Assembly (NCBI GenBank): GCA_950097015.1 | Contig: CATNEN010000001.1 | Coordinates: 14,260,001 to 14,324,000 of the forward strand | DNA from: Macrostomum hystrix | Lineage: Eukaryota; Animalia; Platyhelminthes | Direction of reading: 5' to 3' | Length of the DNA stretch: 64,000 nucleotides | Part shown: positions 12,796-22,379 of the stretch, piece by piece | How the letters are laid out: every line of letters begins with the position of its first letter | How positions within the stretch are numbered: the stretch's first letter is position 1 | The notes under the pieces: generated by a model | Told to the model about the DNA's origin: nothing | Database searches by the model: none | The model's input: the letters and a program-made list of their open reading frames with translations, nothing else | Made by a program: the position numbers and the translations under genes

Positions 12796-15700
12796 ATGGA
12801 AAGCACAATCGATGAAGGTTTGTCTTCTGTTCTGTTGCACTGAGAAGATTGCTTATAATTGTGGATTATAATCCAAATGTTTATCCTCCTCTTGACCACA
12901 ACCTACTTTTTCATGACCAGAACCTACTGTCCCATGACCAAAACCTACTGTTCCATAACTAGAACCTACTGTTCCATGACCAGAACCTACTGTTCCATGA
13001 CCAGAACCTACTGTCCCATGACCAGAACCTACTGTCCCGTGACCAAAACCTACTGTTCCATGACCAGAACCTACTGTTCCATAACCAGAACCTACTGTTC
13101 CATAACCAGAACCTACTGTCCCATGACCAGAACCTACTGTTCCATGACCAGAACCTACTGTTCCATAACCAGAACCTACTGTTCCATAACCAGAACCTAC
13201 TGTCCCATGACCAGAACCTACTGTCCCGTGACCAAAACCTACAGTCCAAGGACCAAAATCTACTGTTAATGACCAAAACCTACTGTTCCATAACCAGAAC
13301 CTACTGTTCCATGACCAGAACCTACTGTTCCATGACCAGAACCTACTGTCCCATGACCAGAACCTACTGTTCCATGACCAGAACCTACTGTTCCATAACC
13401 AGAACCTACTGTTCCATAACCAGAACCTACTGTCCCATGACCAGAACCTACTGTCCCGTGACCAAAACCTACAGTCCAAGGACCAAAATCTACTGTTAAT
13501 GACCAAAACATATTGCCCCATGACCAGAACCTACTGTCCCGTGACCAAAACCTACTGTCCCATGACCAAAACCTACTGTTCCATAACCAGAACCTACTGT
13601 TCCATGACCAGAACCTACTGTCCCGTGACCAAAACCTACAGTCCAAGGACCAAAATCTACTGTTAATGACCAAAACCTATTGCCCCATGACCAAAACCTA
13701 TTGCCCCATGACCAAAACCTATTGCCCCATGACCAAAACCTACTGTTCCATGACCAGAACCTACTGTCCCATGACCAGAACCTACTGTTCCATAACCAGA
13801 ACCTACTGTTCCATGACCAGAGCCTACTGTCCCATGACCAGAACCTACTGTCCCGTGACCAAAACCTACAGTCAAAGGACCAAAATCTACTGTTAATGAC
13901 CAAAACCTATTGCCCCATGACCAAAACCTATTGCCCCATGACCAAAACCTACTGTCCCATGACCAAAACCAACTTCCCATGACCAAAACCTACTGTCCCA
14001 TGACCAAAACCAACTTCCCATGACCAAAACCTACTGTTCCATGACCAAAATCTACTTTCCCCAGCACTAACAGTATTCCTCACGATTAGAATGCAGTTTT
14101 CAGGATTTGTCGCATTGGGATCCTCAAATTAAAGATATTTTCTCAGCAACCACCAGTTTTAACAATCACTTGTGCGCAGCGATCTTACTGGCTGGCAGAG
14201 AATATTCCCGCAGAATCGGATGGTCCAAGTGCTGTCGAGGCTGGCAGTCCGGTGGACGTTAACCATCCACTGCTCGGCGAGTCACTCAACCTAACTAGTG
14301 TTGATCAGGTCCCGACACAGGCAGTGAAAGTTCAGGCGGAGGTCGGTCAGCGGGACAGCAGTCCAGGGACAGATTCGATGCGCCGTCGCATTCAAGCAGA
14401 CTTTCAGCGTCACACAAGCTTGTGCGACGTCATCGAAGCCACTCACCGACGCCTAGGCGACGCTTTCGCAGAAATTCAAACCGCTCTTGACTCGTCAACC
14501 GGCGTTGGAGCCGACGAAACTCCGTTGCACGCGCCATGGCGATTGGTTGAATCAAGCGACTCGGCATCCGGTCAGACGGAGGCGATGGCCAAGCTGCGAT
14601 CTGAACAGCGCTTGCTGGTGTTTGGCGGCCCCAGCAGCGGCAAGTCGAGCCTCATCAACCGCCTCCTGGGCGAGGATGTCATGCCAATCGGCATTGGCAG
14701 CTCGCTGATGTGCCAGGCTGGCCTAACGCACCTGCACTACAGCGACAGGCCGTTTGTACGCTTCGCCGGTGCAGCCGCCCAGCCGTTGGTTGAACTGGAC
14801 GGCAGCCGGCCACTGGCGGGCCAGATCCGATCGTTCCTGTTGAACGACTCGTACGAGGCGCAGCGACAAGCCTGGGCGGAGATGAACGGCTGCACTTTGG
14901 AGATCGGAGCACGCATTGAGCTGATGAGGTGCCGATTGGCGTTTGTCGAGGTGCCAAGCGACTGTGTGGATCACCTGGTGCGGGAGAGACTGCTGCGTGA
15001 GCTGGCAAGATCCACGCATCACACAGTGGTGTACGTTGTGGACAGTCAGAAAGGCTTCTGCAACCAGGTGAGCGAGTCAGATGGCAGTGCCAGTTGTGTA
15101 CTAATTACTATGCGAGTTTAGCCTTAGAGGCAACATCTGTGTCATTTTGAGAAACGCACTTAAGTCGTTATCGTGGATATAACAAAATTAAATAAAACTT
15201 TAACATTTGAAAAAGCTGTACTAAATATCTTGACGTTCCGGAGATGTGGCGATTCGATTCTTGTTTGCGATTCGATTCTTGTTTGCGATGGTGCGGAACA
15301 AAACAGCGCTTCAGAATGTCATTATCCTGCGTTACTGACGTTGCTTGTTGTCACTTGCAAAGGCCTGGTTCTTGGGTCCGCAGCGATTCCGCAGCGAGGC
15401 CACATTAATTTGGGGCGAAGCCGCGCCGAGAAGGCTTGGGGGCTTGTCGTGCAATTTAAACCATTGAGGGCCGACCTTCAAGACACTGTGAAAATGTACA
15501 CTGTTTCACGAGGAGAAAGTCAGGGCAGGTGTACACACATGTTTGAGCCTTGAGCTCAGGTGTCAGTGACATGGCCAGAAAATAAAACACACTGGAAAGG
15601 CGGGAACGTTTTACGAAAGCGAGCGATGCTCCCAATCTCAAACAAAAGAAGGAATTAGATAAAAGAATGCAGCTCGGAGACCACCACTCCACGCCACCGG

Positions 15701-18700
15701 AGACGCCTCGCCCCCGCTGCTGCTGGCCACCTCCATGCCTGTAGCTGTGATTGCAGGTCTTTACTGAGTTCAGGATGGTTGAGCGCTGCTGAGAGCCGCT
15801 GAGTCGGTTGATGCTTTTCACCAAACCTAGATACTCGTAGGCCCCTGCATTTCAATTCAGCACTCAGCGAACATGCTTTACACTTGCAGCGCAACGCAGC
15901 ATTATCTCGCTAGATGTCACCAAAGGGTGTGCTATTACCCGCAGCCCTCCTGCAATTATTGATATTAATAATATTATTATTAAGGCCTGGTTCTTTTTTT
16001 AATTAATAAATGTTTAACTCGACAGTCAATCCTTCACTCGCCGGCTGTCCAGGATCGCGAATTCCTCCTGTTCCTTCGAGCCAACCGACCCGAGGATCCG
16101 GTGATCTTCGCAGTCAACAAGGTGGACTATGATCCCGAGGCCGAGCTGATGGACGGCAACACGGATGACGAAGAATCCGAGGATGGCGAGGAACAGGACG
16201 ATGGTAGCTCGGTGCACGAGACCGGCGAGGCCACGCAGTCGAGGAAGCTGCGCCTTGTCAACGAGCAGCTGACTCGCTACCGCCTGGTACATGCGGGCTC
16301 CGGCCAAGGCGGACGCGTTCGTAGCGTCTTTCCGCTGTCTCTGCTGCGTCTTCGAGTGCCGCTGACTTTGGGATCAGCGAGCAGCAAGAGCCTGGTGCTT
16401 CGGCTGAACGAACAGTACCGCAGACAGTACCACGAGCTGGAGGAAGCTCTCTGCAACTACCTCCTCCTGACTAGCAGCGCCGGTGTTGATGGCGCCACGT
16501 GCGCCCTTTACCTGAAGGCGTCCCTGGCGTTTGACGCGTTCGCGAGAGACCCTGCCAGAGAGGAAGCCGATTCAAGGGCGGCGCCCGTCAAAGAGACAAT
16601 CCGATTGGCTATTAGCGAAGCACGCCAGACCATCGAAGAACTGAAGAGGAAGCTGAGAACGGAACTTACTAGGCTGCATCAGGTAAGCACCGACTGGCAA
16701 ACAATAACCTACTTATTTCCTGTTGATGCATGTCTGCATCTTTGCTTGTCAACCCAGGAACGAGAGGCCACCATAGTCACGGAGTGCGGCCAATTAGAAT
16801 TCGGCCCACTGCGGTTGCACAATCGGATTCGGAACAATGAAGTTGAGCAGCAGTACCGTACTCAGCTGCACAACTATGTACTGCATCTACTCAACAGCGA
16901 GGTCTCTGTCGGACTGGATGATGATCTCAAACAGCTCAGAGCGGATCTGACTGTGATCATCGGCCAGCTGCAGAGCCGGCTGATGAAGGGGTCGTCGGAG
17001 CATTCTCTGGATGGCGGGTTCGTTGACAGCCAGTGGAACAGTGTGGTTCGGATGCAGGCTCAGGAAGCTCAGAGCATTGCGGCTAAAATGCACCGCCTGT
17101 CAGTCGAATGGGAGGGCGACTTCAAGTTCTTCACCTGGATGAGGCGACTGGTCACCGCCTCGAGGGGCCAGGCTAGCGGACAAGCAGCCACGTTCAACAG
17201 CTTCGAATGGAAGGTCGGCACAGTTCAGTTTTCAGTTTAACGAAGATTCAGTTTAACAAAGATTCAGTTTAACAAAGATTCAGTTTAACAAAGATTCAGT
17301 TTATCAAAGATTCAGTTTAACAAAGATTCAGTTTAACAAAGATTCAGGTTAACAAATATTCAGTTTAACGAAGATTCAGTTTAACAAAGATTCAGTTTCC
17401 CGAGACATTAGGTATACACTTTTGAAACCGTCTTCAAAACCCAACTGTTTGTTCAGGCCACTGTAGCAAAAAACTTCTACGAGGACATCAATTTATCAGC
17501 AGTTGTGAAAAAATTCTTCTCTAACCTCGAAGCCAAGCTGCAGCAGACGGAGCGTCGGCTGCAGTGTCTGGCCGCCTCAAGGCAGCGCTGCGGAACTCGC
17601 CTTCGCCGCCTACTTCGCCGAGCTGATCCGGCTGCTAGCGCGGCCTGGCGGTCGGCTCAGCGTTGCCAGGCAACCGCGGACGCACTGCGCAACGCCCAAC
17701 GCTTCGGACTGATCAATCTGGGCAGGCAAGTCGGTAGCGGCAGGCTGGGGTTTCAGTACGCCCTGTCAGCACAGGGATACGCCGGCTTCTTCCATGGCCA
17801 GCACTCCGCCACCGTGCTGTCAACCGAGGGTCCAATTGGCAGCGTCTGCAGCCTCTACTTGGGCCAGAGGCGTCAAAAGTGCCGGCTGCTTTCCGCAGAG
17901 GCTACGGTCGCTCCGCTGCTAGTGACGCTCAGCTCGCTAGGAGGCGAGTGTCGCCTGTGCGTGCTGCACAATGCCTACTCCTACAGCCTGACTGAGCTCC
18001 TAGAGAGCGACTTGAGATTGCGATATTCAGATCGGCAAGCATTCTGCCTGCTGAACAGTCTGCTTCAGCTGTGTCAACTTTGCGCTGCAGCCGGCGCTGT
18101 GGAGGGATGCTGCGATGGCGACGAGCCTGCTGGATGGCTCACTTGCGAGGCTGTGCGGGTGAGCAGTGCCAGGCTCTGATGCTATGCTCAACTAAAGCTT
18201 TTAGTTTTGGTCATGGGACAGTAACTTTTGGTCAAGGGACAGTAGATTTTGGTCATGGTACGGAAGGTTTTGGTCATGGGACAGTAGGCTTTGGTCATGG
18301 GACAGTAGGCTTTGGTCATGGGACAGTAGGCTTTGGTCTCGGGACAGTAGGCTTTGGTCTCGGGACAGTAGGTTTTGGTCATGGGACAGTAGGCTTTGGT
18401 CTCGGGACAGTAGGTTTTGGTCATGGGACAGTAGGTTTTGGTCATGGGACAGTAGGTTTTGATCATGGGACAGTAGGCTTTGGTCTCGGGACAGTAGGTT
18501 TTGGTCACGGGACAGTAGGTTCTCGTCATGGGACAGTAGGTTTTGGTCACGGGACAGTAGTTTTTGGTCATGGGACAGTAGTTTTTGGTCATGGGACAGT
18601 AGGTTTTGGTCACGGGACAGTAGTTTTTGGTCATGGGACAGTAGTTTTTGGTCATGGGACAGTAGGTTTTGGTCATGGGACAGTAGGTTTTGGTCATGGG

Positions 18701-20057
18701 ACAATAGGTTTTGGTAATGGGACAGTAGGTTTTGGTCATGGGACAGTAGGTTTTGGTCATGGGACAGTTGGTTTTGGTCACGGGACAGTAGGTTTTGGTC
18801 ATGGGACAGTAGGTTTTGGTCACGGGACAGTAGTTTTTGGTCATGGGACAGTAGGTTTTGATCATGGGACAGTAGGTTTTGGTCAAGGGACAGTAGGTTT
18901 TGGTCATAGGACAGTAGGTTTTGGTCATGGGACAGTAGGTTTTGGTCATGGGACAGTAGGTTTTGGTCATGGGACAGTAGGTTTTGATCATGGGACAGTT
19001 GGTTTTGGTCACGGGACAGTAGGTTTTGGTCACAGGACAGTAGTTTTTGGTCATGGGACGGTAGGTTTTGATCATGGGACAGTTGGTTTTGGTCACGGGA
19101 CAGTAGGTTTTGGTCATGGGACAGTAGTTTTTGGTCATGGGACAGTAGGTTTTGGTCATAGGACAGTAGTTTTTGGTCATGGGACAGTAGGTTTTGGTCA
19201 TGGGACAGTAGGTTTTTGTCAAGGGACAGTAGGTTTTGGTCATGGGACAGTAGGTTTTGGTCATGGGACAGTAGGTTTTGGTCATGGGACAGTAGGTTTT
19301 TGTCAAGGGACAGAGGTCACTGAAGCTGCCTTTCTTGTAGACAGTGTCAGTGAGTTAGTTGCCTTTTATTTCTTTGAACTGAAATTTCTGAAGTACAAAT
19401 CGGGTTCAATCAGATTTTTGCCTTCGAAACAAGGTGAGATTTCACGAGAACTCAGCCACGGCGATGCTCGACTGTCTGGACGAGACTCTGCACATCATGA
19501 AGTCTAAAAAGCAACAGCAGCATTCGTTCGTGCTTCAATCTCAACAGTCCGCGACAAGCATACTAGCTCCTACTCAGCGGCTAATTAAGGACGCGACCTA
19601 CAAGCGGTCAAGATCCCTGGACGGACTGGGAGATGGACCTTCAGCTGCTAGTTCGACAGTCTCGATCCAGCCCAACTGCACCGAGCAGCCCAAAGAGCGT
19701 CGAGAGCTCGACAATTATCTGATGCTGGCGCTGATGATTCTCAGCAGGCGAAGGTTGAGCGTGAGCAGTCTGCTTGAGGACTGGCAGCAGGTCCAGATGC
19801 TTACAATCGGTCAGCAGCAGCAGCAGCCACTGTCAAGCGCCGCCCTGTTTGAGAAGCAAATCGAAATTCTGAGCTCATTGCTGGAAAATTCGGTTCAATC
19901 TAAGGGCGCTTCTCAGCCGATGGTGATTCCGAAGCCGTGGCAGGCGATTGCCCGGCTACTATGCCCAGCCGAGTTTCCGCTCAAACCAGTTGAAACTCGT
20001 TGGGACCGCATCGACGCTTTTCTATCTGAGAGCCTGAAGACTTTGGACACTTTATGA
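12796..20057 (+). CDS. DSTYK-like protein: N-terminal dynamin/mitofusin-like P-loop domain, helical region and C-terminal degenerate (pseudo)kinase
   Basis: Exons 14214-15067, 16026-16682, 16758-17213, 17457-18158 and 19434-20057 are phase-consistent GT-AG. A tentative first exon at 12796-12817 (MESTIDE, phase 1) fits. Motifs include P-loop LLVFGGPSSGKSSLINRLLGEDVMP, VVYVVD and G4 IFAVNKVD. FNSFEWKATVAKNFYEDINLSAVVKKF resembles the DSTYK pre-kinase helix, and LGRQVGSGRLGFQY resembles the kinase Gly loop. The family call is from recalled motifs, not a search. Confidence 0.7.
12895..14060. repeat. Minisatellite, 21-bp unit ATGACCAGAACCTACTGT(T/C)CC, same family as 8310-11275
   Basis: Tandem copies, located in the predicted intron 1 of the DSTYK-like gene. 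Confidence 0.97.
15380..15980 (+). mobile_element. SINE family 1 copy split by a ~340-bp unrelated segment
   Basis: Body blocks lie at 15380-15560. The 3' block TGTCACCAAAGGGTGTGCTATTACCCGCAGCCCTCCTGCAA plus an ATT-rich tail lies at 15905-15980. Confidence 0.7.
17222..17398. repeat. Minisatellite, 16-bp unit GATTCAGTTTAACAAA
   Basis: About 11 tandem copies in an intron of the DSTYK-like gene. Confidence 0.95.
18200..19315. repeat. Minisatellite, 21-bp unit GGTCATGGGACAGTAGGTTTT (reverse complement of the 8310/12895 family)
   Basis: Tandem copies fill the last intron (18159-19433) of the DSTYK-like gene. Confidence 0.97.
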
Positions 20058-20249
20058 AATTGAAAGCTGTGTTAGCGAACTGTGCTACTGACATTAGCAA
20101 GTGAAGACTTCCAACTGTGAGATTCATAATTTTCATCTATTTTATTATTGATTTAGTGTTTCCATCAGTTCTGAGAACAAGTATTTATTTATTCAAGTTT
20201 TGGAATGAATTTCGATTCAGATCAACTTTCAGTATTCAATCGCATAATG

Positions 20250-20694
20250 CAGAGGTCGGCAAAATTACTAGCTGGCAGGCCAAAGGGAGAACCTAAAAGA
20301 CGACAGCGGGCCGCATTGACTGTTGAAATCTATAACAGGGGAGAGATGAGACAACAGGAGAGATGAGATACGGAAGAGATGAGACAGGAGAGATAAGACA
20401 TGGGAGATGAGACAGGGGAGATGAGGCAGGAGAGATGAGACAGCAGAGAGATGAGACACGGGAGAGACGAGACACGGGAGAGATGAGACACGGGAGAGAT
20501 GAGACACGGGAGAGACGAGACACGGGAGAGATGAGACACGGGAGAGATGAGATACGGAAGAGATGAGACACGGGAGAGATGAGACAGGGGAAAGATTAGA
20601 CAGGATACTGTAGGTCTGTAAGGGGCAACGGGTCGGGATTCGGGAGTTTCGAGGGCCGCATCTGGCCCGCGGGCCGGAGTTTGCCGACCCCCTG
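20250..20694. mobile_element. Non-autonomous hAT (Charlie-like) MITE carrying an internal 16-bp minisatellite
   Basis: TIRs are CAGAGGTCGGCAAA and TTTGCCGACCCCCTG, with subterminal GGCCCGCGGGCC motifs typical of Charlie-type ends. No clean 8-bp TSD is seen. Confidence 0.75.
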
Positions 20695-20850
20695 GCTATG
20701 CTCTTTACTGTTTTAGAGATTCTGTACACTTTGTCAAGAATTGTCTTTAAAAACAAAATCGGTTATTTTTCTATGAAACTGCTGCCTTAGAGGTGATTGT
20801 TGTACACAGGAAACATCACAATTAAATTGTTGTTACTTAAAAATAAAGTA

Positions 20851-21957
20851 CGAGGGCTATCCCAAAAACAAGTTTCGCTGCATTATAAACTTTCTTAAGT
20901 ACATTTTTGGCAAACGCGGTTAGTCATTCCTGAATCTATATGTCTATGGCAAAAGGCACCAAAAGTTTTAAAGCAAATGCAGTCTCACAAGCTGCAGGGC
21001 ATCAAGTTAAACACAGCTTCGTTTGCGAAGATGGCCACTTCGGCTTCGTTCACACGATACGACGTCAGAAACATGATCAAGTTTTCAGTTTTGGCTGGCA
21101 AATCAACATCAGGGATTCATGAAGAGCTTGGACAAGTTCTGAAAGATGATGCTCCATCAATTCAAACGGTTCGGAAATGGGTCCGTGAAGTTCAAGGAGG
21201 CAGGCTGTCGATGGAAGACAAGAGGCGGTCTGGAAGGCCAAGAACAGCCACCACTGATGCAAATGCAGAGCGTGTCAAAGCTGCAGTCACTGTTGACAGC
21301 AGATTGACTTGCAATGAGATCGAGGACCTCCTGGACAATCCTCAGTGGCTTCCAAGGGGATCAGCGAGTCCTGAGAAGGTTCAACGGAAGCAGAGCTCCT
21401 TGAAGGTGATGCACATAGTCTTCTTTGACATCCATGGTGTCCTGGTGAACTGGCCAGTGCCAATCGGCACCGAGGTGAATGCAGAATATTACCGATGGGA
21501 ACTGCAAGAAAAATTGAGGCCAGACATCAGGAAAAAGCGGCCTGGTTTGCTGGAGAGAGGCGTGATTTTTCACCACGACAACGCACCTGTGCACCGCGCC
21601 AGAAGAGTGGAGGAGCTCCTGGAGTCCTGGAACTGGGAGGTCCTGGCACAGCCACGCTATTCACCTGATTTGGCTCCAGCGAACTTCTATATATTTCCCA
21701 GAGCCTTCGTGGACAACGTTTTGCCTCTGTGGAGCAGATAAACAACAATGCTTCATCAGCTTTGCGGCATCTGGCCACCGGCGGCTGCGATGCTGCCTTT
21801 CAAGCGTGGGTACGGCGCTGGCAAAAGTGCGTGGACCTTGGCGGCAAATTTGTGGAGTAACTATGACCTGTTTTGACTACTGTTAAAGTTCTAAGACTTT
21901 CCTTCCAACTGTTCGCTTTTTATTGTTGACCGAAACTTACTTTTGGGATAGCCCTCG
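20851..21957 (+). mobile_element. Mariner (Tc1/mariner) DNA transposon, internally deleted
   Basis: The ~27-bp TIRs CGAGGGCTATCCCAAAAACAAGTTTCG and CGAAACTTACTTTTGGGATAGCCCTCG are flanked by TA on both sides (20849-20850, 21958-21959). Confidence 0.95.
21031..21860 (+). pseudogene. Mariner transposase, defective
   Basis: The N-terminal HTH region (TVRKW...EDKRRSGRP), FHHDNAPVH and YSPDLAP are present. The WVPHxL linker and first catalytic Asp are missing through an in-frame deletion after EIEDLLDN. The third Asp is replaced by Asn (LAPAN), and there is a frameshift near 21700 before LRGQRF...RWQKCVDLGGKFVE*. Confidence 0.9.
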
Positions 21958-22379
21958 TAGTGTCATGCACTGAATTTCATTTTGTATGCAAACAAAAAAA
22001 TACTTATTAAACCCGTTCTTTGTCAATTTATCGATTTAGTCCAGATCTAGTGGGCTCGGAGTCAATCACAGCACATCTATCTAGTTGGATATCATCTAGA
22101 TTGGCATATTGAATGTCTAGCAGATCAGCAAGGTTCTTCTGTAAGAATGCTTCAATTATGCAGTCAATGATTCTGCCCAATCAAGCAATCAGAATGCAGC
22201 AAAAGTTTGTTAGCCAATAGAAAAGCAAGGTGTTTTGTTTTTGAAGCTTCGGGCAATATTCTTAACTGCGGAAGAAAGCATTCGCAAGCTCCATATTTTT
22301 ACACAGCGAATTCTCCATGCCAACGGTAGAGTAGAAGCATTGTGGCCGTTTAATAAAACAATCATTATTGAAAGCAGTA

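Noticed and set aside
8281-19507. Long repetitive ORFs (MTKTYCP..., GHGTVGF..., HDQNLLS...)
   Set aside because: They are translations of a 21-bp minisatellite that is open in several frames on both strands and lies in introns or intergenic DNA, with no codon-level signal.
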